Shown here piece after piece: positions 17,860-27,380 of a DNA stretch of 28,136 bases. Location: IMG/VR virus record IMGVR_UViG_3300005805_000357, positions 1 to 28,136 of that record. One strand, 5' to 3'. Source of the DNA: a virus. Taxonomy: Duplodnaviria; Caudoviricetes. Numbering within the stretch: the stretch's first letter is position 1; each line of letters starts with the position of its first letter. Under the pieces are notes generated by a model. That model made no database searches, had not been told where the DNA came from, and worked only from the letters and a program-made list of their open reading frames with translations. A program made the position numbers and the translations under genes.

Positions 17860-20800
17860 ATGTCGTTAAATACTAATTTTAATGTTGATCCATATTATGA
17901 TGATTATAATGATGATAAGAAATTTTTACGGATATTATTTAAGCCAGGCTATGCTGTCCAAGCTCGTGAATTAACACAATCACAAACTATTCTACAAAAA
18001 CAAGTAGAGCGCTTTGGTGAACACATTTTTAAAAATGGTTCGGTGGTTTCTGGCGGCCAACTTTTTATTCACGACTCAACTTATTTAAATGTATCAACTG
18101 ATTTTGCCGGAACAGCTGTCAATGTAAATAATTTTAATGGTAAAACAATTACCAACACAACAGGAACAAAAACTGGTCAAGTTGTTGTTGTGTATGATGC
18201 TGATTCTGGAACTGGTGACCCAAAAACAATCTATGTAAAACAAATTTCAGGTGTTACTTTTGCAGCAGGCGAAACAATTACTACCGTTGAAGATACTCCG
18301 GTTTTTGCCAATATTGCAACAAGCGGCGTAGGAACAGGACAAGTATTTTCTGTAAGTGATGGTGTATTTTTCTATGATGGTTTTTTTCTTAGAAATAGTG
18401 CTCAGACAATTGCGCTCAGTAAATACAACACATCATCTAATGTGAGAGTTGGTTTTGAAATTACCGAATCTATCGTAGTTTCTACACAAGATACATCTCT
18501 ATTGGATCCAGCACAAGACGCTTCTAATTTTCAAGCTCCTGGAGCTGATCGTTATAAAATTGATTTGATTCTATCTAGTAGACCAACAAACTCCACCGAT
18601 GATACCCAATTTATTGACTTAGCTAGAGTTGAAAACGGCACTTTATCTTATGCGTTGATTTATCCGCAATATGCCGTTTTAGAAGATACTTTAGCCCGAA
18701 GAACATATGATGAATCCGGTAATTATACGGTTAGACCATTTAAACTTGCATTAGAAACTAGTTCAGCTAATACTGCGAAGGCTAATGTCATTTTGTCACC
18801 AGGCAAAGCCTATGTTTATGGTTATGAATATGAAAGCATTGCACCAACAACAATCACATTTGATAAACCCCGAACAACTGATTCTGTAAATAATAAAAGA
18901 TTAACAGCTGATTATGGTTATTATGTTTATTCAAATACACATTTTGGATCTTTGCCGATTGATAGTTTACAACATATAGATTTGCATTGTGTATCTAATA
19001 GCACAATTAATGTAGCATCGGCTGGTAGTATTTCAAACACCAAAATTGGTACAGCTCGTGTTAAATCTATAGCATTTGATTCGGCAACTGACACTTCAAA
19101 TTCAGCAACATACACCTATCGCACATACTTATTTGATGTGAATGTAGGATCAATTGCAGGTGGTAATTGTAATAATAGTATTGTCGCAACAAACACAACA
19201 TATGTTCAAATTGCAAATACACTAACTGGTTTAGTTTACTCTACGGCTAATAATGCATATGATGGAGCTAAATTTAGAATTGTGGCTGGACCAGGAACTG
19301 GTGAAACACCAAAAACCATTATAAATTATAATGGTGCAACACAAACAATTCAACTAGCAGAACCTTTTGTTGCAAATGTAAGCCAAGGAACTTCTAATTT
19401 TGCTATTGATTTTGAACTTAATGATGTTAAATCTTTGTCGGTAACTAGTGGTACAACTCGCCTTGCAGCAGCTGACATTGATACGTCATCTAAAGATTCA
19501 GCTTCAACATTTAATGATACATTCATTTCAGATACAAATCTTGAACCATTGTTGTTTCCTCTTGGCCAAAATTTTGTTTCGCAAAATACAATTTCTGATT
19601 TTTCATATTCATATAAACGACTATATGCTTCACAGTCATTTTCAACATCACAGTCTCCAGCACTAACAGTTGGTAGTGGTGAAACAATTTCTGCAGCTAC
19701 AAGCACTTCAGCAAAAGCAGAAAATTATCAAGTTGTTGTGACGAACGCTGGATCATCACCATATACTGTTGGTCAAATTATTCCTGCTAACTTGTATACA
19801 GTTGATACTGGCACCCGTAAGATTACCGTAACATCTGGTAACAATATGGTTGCAAATATTACTGCAACGATTGATGCAAGTAATCCTGGTTCAAAAGGAA
19901 AAACATATATTTCTGCTAATTCTACCATACAAACTTCAGGTGGAACTAGTATTTTTGCAAACAACGGTGTTATACTTTACACAGCTAATGGTCAAGTTCA
20001 TATTATGGCCAATACAGTTGTTAAAGTGCCAAATATACCTCAATCATTATTTGTAGCTGATGTTGTTGAACTAGATTCTGTTTTAGATTTTGGTGGTTTA
20101 GATATTACTACTGCCAATTCTTCTTTAGCCACAAATGTCACATCAAGATATACATTAGATACTGGACAAAGAGATTCATTTTATGATCACGCATCTATTA
20201 AATTGAAGCCTGGTTTTTCTGCCCCATCCGGCCCATTACTTGTTAAGTTTGATCACTTTGATTCTTCAGGTGCAGGATTCTTTACCGTAGACTCTTATGT
20301 TGGATATGATTACGGAAGTATTCCTTCATACACAGCTCAGGCAACAGGGCAAGTATACCAATTAAGAGATTCTCTTGATTATAGACCCGTTAGGTCAACG
20401 CCAACATCAGCTGCAACAGCAAACACAGTCAGTTTTGATGTTGATTCAACCACGACTGGTCCAAAGATTCCTGAGAATGGTTCCGACATACTTTTAGACT
20501 ATCAATATTATCTACCAAGAATTGACAAGGTAATATTGAATAAGAATCGTACCTTTGAAGTTGTTGAGGGTGACCCATCTTTGACGCCTGTTGTGCCTAA
20601 TGATAAAGATGGTGCAATGACATTGTATATCCTCCGTGAAGCTCCTTTTCTTTCCAATGTTTCTGATATTGATGTTGAATATATTGATAATAAACGATAT
20701 ACGATGCGTGATATTGGCAGCATTGATCGTCGTGTTGGCAATTTGGAATATTACACATCACTCTCATTGCTTGAACAAAATGCATTTAATAAACAAGATT

Positions 20801-23800
20801 TGACTATATTAGATTCTACAAATCTACCACGATTTAAGAATGGTATTGTTGTTGATTCTTTTGATGGTACATCGGTGGCTGATGTTACAAATTCAGATTA
20901 TTCTGTTTCTGTTGATCCAAAAAGAAAAGAAATTAGACCAACATTTAACATCACATCACATCTTTTAACATTTGATGCAGCTAATTCTGCTGCTACTATT
21001 TTAAAAGCTGGTCCTGTTCTTTTACCACAGGCAACACATACTGTTTTTGTTGATCAAAATAAATCATCAAAAGTTTACAACATAAATCCATTTAACATTG
21101 TAAACTATATTGGAAAAATTCAGCTTGATCCACCATCAGATGTTTGGATTGATACCAGCAAACAACCAGATGTTCTTGTTAACCTTGAGGGTGATAAGGA
21201 TGCATGGGCTTTAATTACAGAAAATGCATACAATTATGAGTGGGGTAATTGGCAAACTTACTGGACTGGATCAACAGTATCATCAAGTAGTTTTGTTCGT
21301 GACGGATGGTTAATTCAATCCGACAGGACAACTACAAAACAAGATCAAACCAGATCAGGCGTATTATCACAAGTTGTTCCATCTACGATTACAGAATCAT
21401 TAGGTGATCGTGTTATTGATGTTTCAATTATTCCTTATATGCGTGATCGTGGTGTATTGTTCACCTGTTCAGATTTCAAACCAACTACAGCACTTTATGG
21501 CTTCTTTGATAATATTAGTGTAAACAAATATATTGCTCGTGCAAATAAATTTATACTAAGCTCAAACAATTTAGGTTACATAACACAATCTGGCAATCCT
21601 GAAGCTGTTAATGTTACAAACACAGCAACTAGCACAGTTAATGCCACAGCATTTGTTGTTCGTACATCAAACCGAGAAGCTTTTGTAGTTAATTTAAGTC
21701 CAACAACATTGTTAAATGGCGCAACCATGAATTTGGTTGGCCAAACTAGTGGTACATCAATCAAGGTTGATGGATATGATCACTATTCTGGATTCGTAAG
21801 TTCTGCCACAGCTAACACAATTGTTCTATCAATTGATGCTACAAGCGCAAATAATACCGGTGATTACGGTGGTTCTCCAGTTTATATTGTATCTGGAACA
21901 GGTGCTGGTCAAACGGCAACAGTTTCCTCTTACACAGCTGGCACAAGAACACTTACAATCACTGGAACATGGACAACAACTCCAACATCAAACTCAGTTT
22001 ACTCAATTGGTGATTTAACAACCACAGCTGCAGGCGATACTGCTGGTGTGTTTAATATTCCAAACGGAGTATTCCGGGTTGGTGAAAAGAGTTTTAGGTT
22101 AATTGACACTTCAACTGGTGATATTGGTTCTTCTTCAACAAATGGAGATGCTACATTCTTTGCACAAGGTGTTTTACAGAAAACAGAAAATACAATTATC
22201 TCTGCGACTGTACCAACAACACAGCGTGTGGCCGTTAAAGATAACAGAGTCGTTACAACAACAGCTGTTGCAGAAAGAGTTATAGGTTGGTATGATCCGT
22301 TGGCACAAACATTCTTAGTGTCGCCATCAAATTATCCACAAGGTATTTTCTTGTCTAAGGCTCGTTTTTGCTTTAAGTCAAAAGATCCAACTGTACCAGT
22401 TACATTACAAGTTCGTTCTGTTGTAAATGGATATCCATCAACATCATTGATTTATCCATATTCAACAGTAACATTGACACCTGATAAAGTTAAAACAACA
22501 ACATCACCTGATTTGGATGATGCAACCAAATACACAGAATTTGTATTTGATTCTCCATTGTTCTTGCAACCTGGAGAACATTGTTTTGTCTTGTTATCCA
22601 ATTCAAACAAGTATGAAACTTATGCTGCTGAAATTGGTAAGTTGGACACCGTATCAGCTAGGCAAATTTCAGAACAACCATATCAAGGGTCTTTGTTCTT
22701 ATCACAGAATGGTTCTACATGGACAGCTGAACAAAATGCTGACTTAATGTTTAGATTGTTCCGTTATACATTTAGTACAACACCTACTGAAGCTAGATTC
22801 AATGTTAATTATCCATCATCTAACACAGCATATGATTTGATGCATTTAATTGCAACTGGTGTGTCTGTTGAAAACACTTCAATTACCTATCAGTTTAATT
22901 CTGAAAAAGATTTAACCGGAGGCCAAACTGGTTTTCTACCATTTACTCCGTTGACTGACTATGCAATGACAGATGGAAATGGACGCCGTGTATTGAATCC
23001 AACAACAGGCAATACAACTTTGACTGTTAAAGCGACAATGACAACCAGTAGTCCTGATATTGCACCATTTATTGATACTTCACGCATGAGTTTGATTGCT
23101 GTTGAAAATATCATCAATGATTTACCACTAAGTAATTCAGATATTGTATTGTCTACAGGTGGTTCTGGTTATACAACCAATGCTAATGCGATTGTAACTA
23201 TTACAGGTGGAGGTGGTTCAGGTGCAACTGCTGCAGCTGTTGTAACAGCAAATGTTATCACATCGGTGTATTTAACTAGTGGTGGTTCTGGTTATGAAAC
23301 ATCACCAACGATCACAATTGTGGATGCGAATACGACTCCTGGCACCGGTGCAACAGTTTCATATAATGGTGAAGATAGTAAATCCGGAGGCAATTCTGAT
23401 GTTCGTTATGTAACTCGTAAAATCAATTTAGCTGATGGCTTTGATTCAGGTGATTTGCGTGTTTACTTGACAGCATATAAACCTTCAGGTTCAAATATTC
23501 GTGTTTATTATAAACTGTTATCTATTTCTGACCCTGATACATTTGAAGATAAGAATTATCAATTGATGACACAGTTAAACAATACAAACTTTGTATCGGC
23601 TAACTATAATGATTATCGTGAAATTTCTTATGCTCCAGGTTTGAGTGGCACAGCTAATAATTCTGTGAGCTATTCTTCAGGATCAACTGCATACAGCAAC
23701 TTTAGAACATTTGCAATTAAGATTGTAATGAACGGAACTTCAACTGTTGATGTTCCTAAAGTGCGTGATTTTCGTGCAATTGCTCTACCAGCTGGTGGTT

Positions 23801-23802
23801 AA
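17860..23802 (+). CDS. Large virion structural protein, DUF4815 / VrlC-like
   Basis: FNVDPYYDDY...ILFKPGYAVQARELTQSQTILQ.Q, APGADRYKI, LARRTYDESGNY, PGKAYVYGYE, YYLPRIDK, RYTMRDIG..RV.NLEYYTSLSLLE, FKNGIVVD.F, DPLAQTF, GSLF.SQNGSTW, P.VRDFRAIAL. Confidence 0.85.
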   Translation: MSLNTNFNVDPYYDDYNDDKKFLRILFKPGYAVQARELTQSQTILQKQVERFGEHIFKNGSVVSGGQLFIHDSTYLNVSTDFAGTAVNVNNFNGKTITNTTGTKTGQVVVVYDADSGTGDPKTIYVKQISGVTFAAGETITTVEDTPVFANIATSGVGTGQVFSVSDGVFFYDGFFLRNSAQTIALSKYNTSSNVRVGFEITESIVVSTQDTSLLDPAQDASNFQAPGADRYKIDLILSSRPTNSTDDTQFIDLARVENGTLSYALIYPQYAVLEDTLARRTYDESGNYTVRPFKLALETSSANTAKANVILSPGKAYVYGYEYESIAPTTITFDKPRTTDSVNNKRLTADYGYYVYSNTHFGSLPIDSLQHIDLHCVSNSTINVASAGSISNTKIGTARVKSIAFDSATDTSNSATYTYRTYLFDVNVGSIAGGNCNNSIVATNTTYVQIANTLTGLVYSTANNAYDGAKFRIVAGPGTGETPKTIINYNGATQTIQLAEPFVANVSQGTSNFAIDFELNDVKSLSVTSGTTRLAAADIDTSSKDSASTFNDTFISDTNLEPLLFPLGQNFVSQNTISDFSYSYKRLYASQSFSTSQSPALTVGSGETISAATSTSAKAENYQVVVTNAGSSPYTVGQIIPANLYTVDTGTRKITVTSGNNMVANITATIDASNPGSKGKTYISANSTIQTSGGTSIFANNGVILYTANGQVHIMANTVVKVPNIPQSLFVADVVELDSVLDFGGLDITTANSSLATNVTSRYTLDTGQRDSFYDHASIKLKPGFSAPSGPLLVKFDHFDSSGAGFFTVDSYVGYDYGSIPSYTAQATGQVYQLRDSLDYRPVRSTPTSAATANTVSFDVDSTTTGPKIPENGSDILLDYQYYLPRIDKVILNKNRTFEVVEGDPSLTPVVPNDKDGAMTLYILREAPFLSNVSDIDVEYIDNKRYTMRDIGSIDRRVGNLEYYTSLSLLEQNAFNKQDLTILDSTNLPRFKNGIVVDSFDGTSVADVTNSDYSVSVDPKRKEIRPTFNITSHLLTFDAANSAATILKAGPVLLPQATHTVFVDQNKSSKVYNINPFNIVNYIGKIQLDPPSDVWIDTSKQPDVLVNLEGDKDAWALITENAYNYEWGNWQTYWTGSTVSSSSFVRDGWLIQSDRTTTKQDQTRSGVLSQVVPSTITESLGDRVIDVSIIPYMRDRGVLFTCSDFKPTTALYGFFDNISVNKYIARANKFILSSNNLGYITQSGNPEAVNVTNTATSTVNATAFVVRTSNREAFVVNLSPTTLLNGATMNLVGQTSGTSIKVDGYDHYSGFVSSATANTIVLSIDATSANNTGDYGGSPVYIVSGTGAGQTATVSSYTAGTRTLTITGTWTTTPTSNSVYSIGDLTTTAAGDTAGVFNIPNGVFRVGEKSFRLIDTSTGDIGSSSTNGDATFFAQGVLQKTENTIISATVPTTQRVAVKDNRVVTTTAVAERVIGWYDPLAQTFLVSPSNYPQGIFLSKARFCFKSKDPTVPVTLQVRSVVNGYPSTSLIYPYSTVTLTPDKVKTTTSPDLDDATKYTEFVFDSPLFLQPGEHCFVLLSNSNKYETYAAEIGKLDTVSARQISEQPYQGSLFLSQNGSTWTAEQNADLMFRLFRYTFSTTPTEARFNVNYPSSNTAYDLMHLIATGVSVENTSITYQFNSEKDLTGGQTGFLPFTPLTDYAMTDGNGRRVLNPTTGNTTLTVKATMTTSSPDIAPFIDTSRMSLIAVENIINDLPLSNSDIVLSTGGSGYTTNANAIVTITGGGGSGATAAAVVTANVITSVYLTSGGSGYETSPTITIVDANTTPGTGATVSYNGEDSKSGGNSDVRYVTRKINLADGFDSGDLRVYLTAYKPSGSNIRVYYKLLSISDPDTFEDKNYQLMTQLNNTNFVSANYNDYREISYAPGLSGTANNSVSYSSGSTAYSNFRTFAIKIVMNGTSTVDVPKVRDFRAIALPAGG

Positions 23803-23804
23803 TT

Positions 23805-24041
23805 ATGTTCGCAAAAGTAAAAGACCATGATAATTTAGTTAGAGATATGAACTCCAAGGCTGTTCTAAATACAGACAGAGCTGGCCTTCAAGAGTATTAT
23901 CAAAAAAGAGATAGTGCGAAAAAAGAGCAATCTGAGAAAATAGAAACTAAACAACGCATTGACAAAATAGAAAAAGATATGTCTGAAATAAAAGAACTAT
24001 TGTATGAGATTGCTAAAAAAGGTGTAAACAATGGCAATTAA
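23805..24041 (+). CDS. Small coiled-coil protein following the DUF4815 gene
   Basis: KVKDHDNLVRDMNSKAVLNTD then a heptad-rich C-terminus (RIDKIEKDMSEIKELL). Confidence 0.75.
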   Translation: MFAKVKDHDNLVRDMNSKAVLNTDRAGLQEYYQKRDSAKKEQSEKIETKQRIDKIEKDMSEIKELLYEIAKKGVNNGN

Positions 24042-24405
24042 TCAGCTAACCACAGCAAACACTTTTGAGCAGTGGTTAAGTGCTACTCAAAATCTAATTG
24101 CTACAGCCAACACTCTTACCGATGGTAATGGTGCTACATTTGTTGCAAACACGAAACTTGATGTTTCTGGCACAGGTTCCACACTCAATGTTCGTACATC
24201 AGGTTCTATCAATGTTCTATATTCAAATACTTCGTTTTTAACAACTTCTAACATAACTACTTTAAATTATACAACAGCAAATGGAAACACGATTACCGCT
24301 ATGGATATAACAGCGACAAATTCAGCAAATATTCAACTAATTACCGGTCAAGCCGTGCAACAAATAAATGATGCAGCTGTTGCATTTTCAATTGCTTTGG
24401 GTTGA
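24031..24405 (+). CDS. Short fibre/stalk protein with C-terminal hydrophobic motif (AAVAFSIALG)
   Basis: N-terminal T.NTFEQW attachment-like motif, Asn/Thr-rich beta repeats; AGGTG SD upstream. Confidence 0.7.
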   Translation: MAINQLTTANTFEQWLSATQNLIATANTLTDGNGATFVANTKLDVSGTGSTLNVRTSGSINVLYSNTSFLTTSNITTLNYTTANGNTITAMDITATNSANIQLITGQAVQQINDAAVAFSIALG

Positions 24406-24412
24406 TATAACA

Positions 24413-24420
24413 GATAAATA
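24413..24420 (+). promoter_or_regulatory. Late promoter variant GATAAATA
   Basis: 7/8 match in the intergenic gap, followed by AGGA SD and ATG 24447. Confidence 0.6.
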
Positions 24421-24446
24421 GACAATAGATAATAGGAACTAATTAA

Positions 24447-24773
24447 ATGGCTAACACCTTCAAGAATTATTTTTTAAAGAACGCAACAACCACAGCGGCT
24501 AATGCATACGTTACTCCTGCGGCAACACAAGCAACAATTATTGGCATGACAATTGGCAACACAACATTGTCTCCAATTAGTGCAAATGTGACCGTGGTAT
24601 CAGGCGGAACAACATACTTTATGGTACAAAATGCAACTATTTCTAACGGTGGTGCATTAGTACCAGTTGGCGGAGACCAAAAACTCGTTATGGAAGCTGG
24701 TGATTATATGCAGGTACAAACTTCTGCTACTAACTCAGCCGATGTAATTGTATCAGTCCTGGAGATTGCATAA
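24447..24773 (+). CDS. Small beta-rich virion protein (putative adaptor, 'MANTFK' type)
   Basis: 108 aa; YVTPAATQATIIGMTIGN...KLVMEAGD...VSVLEIA; paralogous to 25469 and 27006. Confidence 0.75.
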   Translation: MANTFKNYFLKNATTTAANAYVTPAATQATIIGMTIGNTTLSPISANVTVVSGGTTYFMVQNATISNGGALVPVGGDQKLVMEAGDYMQVQTSATNSADVIVSVLEIA

Positions 24774-24774
24774 C

Positions 24775-25467
24775 ATGTCATATATCGGTAACGAACCAGG
24801 AGTAACAAACTTTATATTTGGAGTTGACCGATTTAATGGTACCGGCGCTTGTACTCAATTTACACTAACCAGAACAACTGATGATGCAAACACAGTAGAA
24901 GTTTTGGTCAATAGTATTCAACAAGATCCAATTAATTCATATTCGGTTTCAGGTGGTGTAATTACATTCACTGAAGCACCATCATCTGGTGCTAATAATA
25001 TTGTTGTTGTTTATCGTGCAACATCGGTTATATCATTTACTAATGTTGGAACAGCACAGATTGTAGATGGTGCAGTAACTTCATCAAAATTAGCATCAGG
25101 TGTTATTCCTTCTACGGTAGCGGTTTTTAATACTGCTAATGCAGCATTCTTACAAGCAAATACTCCTAGTCATGTTGCCAACTCAGCAGCAATCTATGCA
25201 AACGGTGCCTTTACAGCTGCTAATGCTGCTTCACTAACTAATGTAACACAAAACAATAGTATTACGGTTGCATTGAACACAGCTAACGCTGCTTTTGCTC
25301 AAGCCAACACAGACTTTACGACAATAACAGCAACAGCTGCAACATATGGAAATGCAATATCAATTCCATCAATAACACTTACTGCAAACGGCCGTGTTAG
25401 TGCAATCAGTAACACAGCAATCGTTATTGACCCAATACCAAATATTTTAATGTTATCAGGAATGTAA
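24775..25467 (+). CDS. Fibre/stalk protein (small beta-sandwich, DGAVT.KL shaft motif, AN heptads, hydrophobic C-terminus)
   Basis: Start placed at ATG 24775 (MSYIGNEP) after GGAG, rather than the track's 24748. FNGTG..TQFTL...ITFTEAPSSG domain; ends IPNILMLSGM. Confidence 0.75.
   Translation: MSYIGNEPGVTNFIFGVDRFNGTGACTQFTLTRTTDDANTVEVLVNSIQQDPINSYSVSGGVITFTEAPSSGANNIVVVYRATSVISFTNVGTAQIVDGAVTSSKLASGVIPSTVAVFNTANAAFLQANTPSHVANSAAIYANGAFTAANAASLTNVTQNNSITVALNTANAAFAQANTDFTTITATAATYGNAISIPSITLTANGRVSAISNTAIVIDPIPNILMLSGM
25175..25265 (+). repeat. 91-nt dispersed repeat, copy 1
   Basis: TTGCCAACTCAGCAGCAATCTATGC...; 81/91 identical to 26771-26861 by hand alignment. Confidence 0.9.
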
Positions 25468-25468
25468 A

Positions 25469-25807
25469 ATGCCAAATGCTTATAAAAGATTAGGGGCTAT
25501 CAACCCAAGTGCAAACACACAAACGAACGTATATGTTATACCAGCTGCAACACAATCGGTAATTTCAACAATTACTATTTGTAACCAATCTGCTAGTAAT
25601 GCTTCATATAGTTTAGCTTTAATGAATAATTCGGAGTTTGCTTCTCCTGCTGGAGCTGCGACTTTCTTGGTTCGTGGTGCAATTGTACCTGCTGCAGATT
25701 CTATTATTTTGACAATTGGACTAACTGCAAATGCTGGTATGGTTTTAGCAGCTAATACTAATTTAGGTAATCTTTCATTTGCAGCTTTTGGTACGGAAAT
25801 AACCTAA
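25469..25807 (+). CDS. Small beta-rich virion protein (putative adaptor, 'MP.AYK.LG' type)
   Basis: 112 aa; YVIPAATQSVISTITICNQ...LTIGLT...SFAAFGTEIT. Confidence 0.75.
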   Translation: MPNAYKRLGAINPSANTQTNVYVIPAATQSVISTITICNQSASNASYSLALMNNSEFASPAGAATFLVRGAIVPAADSIILTIGLTANAGMVLAANTNLGNLSFAAFGTEIT

Positions 25808-25808
25808 T

Positions 25809-26612
25809 ATGGCAATTAGAAAAACTTCTGATATCACCTTTTCGTCTGTAAACAGGAAAGGTGTTAGACCTGCAGGATATGCTTTTCCTATTGGATTAAA
25901 TACGGCTGTAAATACTTTAAGCATAGACTATTTAATATTAGCTGGAGGTGGAGGCGGCGGACAAAACGTTGGTGGATATAGAGGTGGTGGTGGAGGTGCA
26001 GGTGGTTATTTAACTGGTAGCACAACCGCAAATTCGGCCACATCTTACTCATTTACCATTGGTGCAGGTGGAGGAACTAATAGTAATGGTAGTAATTCTA
26101 CAGGTTTAGGTCTAACTGCTATCGGTGGTGGAGGAGGTGGATATCACGATGGTATAGCAATTGATAACTCTGGTGGTCGTTCTGGAGGTTCAGGCGGTGG
26201 CGGAGGTGGCGCAGGCGGTGGAGGTTCTCCTGGAGGAGCAGGAACAGCAGGACAAGGAAATAATGGAGCCGGAGGCGGAACTTTTGCTGGTGGAGCAGGA
26301 GGTGGAGCTGGCGGAACTCCAACTGGTGCATCTTCTAGCATTTCAGGTTCTTCAGTTACGAGAGCGGTTGGTGGTGGCACAGATACAGGAACATCAATTG
26401 CGGCAAATAGTGGCGGTGGTGGAACAGGATCTGGTGACACTGGAAACGGACAGCCAGGTCCAACAGGGGGAGGATCTGGTGTCATAATTGTTAGATATTC
26501 TGGTTCACAGCAAGCAACAGGCGGCACTATCACATCATCAAGCGGTAACACAATTCACACCTTTACAGGTTCTGGTACATTTCAACCATCTGGAATTTTT
26601 CTAATCAATTAA
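25809..26612 (+). CDS. Glycine-rich domain protein (putative fibre tip / receptor-binding)
   Basis: DYLILAGGGGGG..GGGGGAGGY..G, Y.FTIGAGG, GGSGVIIVRY, HTFTGSGTF. Confidence 0.8.
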   Translation: MAIRKTSDITFSSVNRKGVRPAGYAFPIGLNTAVNTLSIDYLILAGGGGGGQNVGGYRGGGGGAGGYLTGSTTANSATSYSFTIGAGGGTNSNGSNSTGLGLTAIGGGGGGYHDGIAIDNSGGRSGGSGGGGGGAGGGGSPGGAGTAGQGNNGAGGGTFAGGAGGGAGGTPTGASSSISGSSVTRAVGGGTDTGTSIAANSGGGGTGSGDTGNGQPGPTGGGSGVIIVRYSGSQQATGGTITSSSGNTIHTFTGSGTFQPSGIFLIN

Positions 26613-26617
26613 ACCAG

Positions 26618-26625
26618 CATAAATA
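26618..26625 (+). promoter_or_regulatory. Late promoter variant CATAAATA
   Basis: 7/8 match in the intergenic gap before ORF 26653. Confidence 0.55.
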
Positions 26626-26652
26626 TTGTAACATCAATAAGAGAACAGACAA

Positions 26653-27000
26653 ATGCCATTAAATAGAATAACAGCAGATTCAATCACAGACGGCACCATT
26701 GTTGCTGCCGATGTGGCCGATGGTACTATTACCTTAGCAAAATTAGTTAGTGGTCTGTTACCACCAGCAATTGCCAACTCAGCAGCAATCTATGCGAACG
26801 GTGCATTTACATCTGCTAATGCTGCTTCACTAACAAATATCACACAGAACAACAGCATCACAGCTGCATTCACAGCAGCAAACACACCAAGTGCCACAGC
26901 AAACTCAGCAGCAATCTATGCAAATGGCGCATTCACAACAGCAAACTCAGCAGCATCAACAGGCAAAGCTATTGCCATGTCAATAGTATTCGGGGGATAA
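26653..27000 (+). CDS. Short stalk protein with AN heptads and C-terminal TGKAIAMSIVFGG motif
   Basis: ITDGTI..ADVADGTITLAKL repeats, ANSAAIYANGAFT twice. Confidence 0.75.
   Translation: MPLNRITADSITDGTIVAADVADGTITLAKLVSGLLPPAIANSAAIYANGAFTSANAASLTNITQNNSITAAFTAANTPSATANSAAIYANGAFTTANSAASTGKAIAMSIVFGG
26771..26861 (+). repeat. 91-nt dispersed repeat, copy 2 (partial third copy at about 26902-26937)
   Basis: See copy 1; ACACAGAACAACAGCAT is also shared with 15807. Confidence 0.9.
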
Positions 27001-27005
27001 TTTAA

Positions 27006-27380
27006 ATGGCACAGCCAAACATTGTAAGTGTAACAACAATTCGTGGTAATACTGCCGTTGCAGCTGTTACGAATGTATCATCAAACCTTGTCGTAAACTC
27101 TGTTAATAGTGGACAGGTTCTGAAACTTAATGCACTGTATATTTCTAATATTCATGCAACAGGAAATACAGCATTAGTGACGGCTGCATTGTTACGAAGT
27201 GGCGTTTCATATGAAATAGCACACAATATTGCTGTATCAGGTAACACAACATTGGATGTTATTAGTAAGTCCATATACTTGGAAGAGGGTGATTGTTTGA
27301 GAGTTTCAGCAAATACAACATTTTCAGCAAACGCTAATAATCTTTGTGAAGCTGTTTGCTCTTATGAGGCTATATCGTAA
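27006..27380 (+). CDS. Small beta-rich virion protein (putative adaptor, 'MA.PNIV.VTTI.G' type)
   Basis: 124 aa; KLNALYISNI, IAHNIAV...TLDVISKSIYLEEGD, CSYEAIS. Confidence 0.75.
   Translation: MAQPNIVSVTTIRGNTAVAAVTNVSSNLVVNSVNSGQVLKLNALYISNIHATGNTALVTAALLRSGVSYEIAHNIAVSGNTTLDVISKSIYLEEGDCLRVSANTTFSANANNLCEAVCSYEAIS

Noticed and set aside
17860-23802. Intein or intron in the 1980-aa protein
   Set aside because: I recognised no intein splice-junction or LAGLIDADG motifs; the length is accounted for by Thr/Asn-rich beta insertions.
7131-26551. Numerous short antisense or alternate-frame ORFs in the track (e.g. 8826-9236, 15382-15825, 17154-17561, 26144-26551)
   Set aside because: They are nested in well-supported structural genes, and their composition (e.g. 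poly-Pro opposite poly-Gly) is the expected shadow of the real frame.
25175-26861. 91-nt repeat pair as a diversity-generating retroelement TR/VR
   Set aside because: The mismatches are not adenine-specific (they include g/t and three t/c), both copies are mid-gene, and there is no reverse transcriptase in the window.
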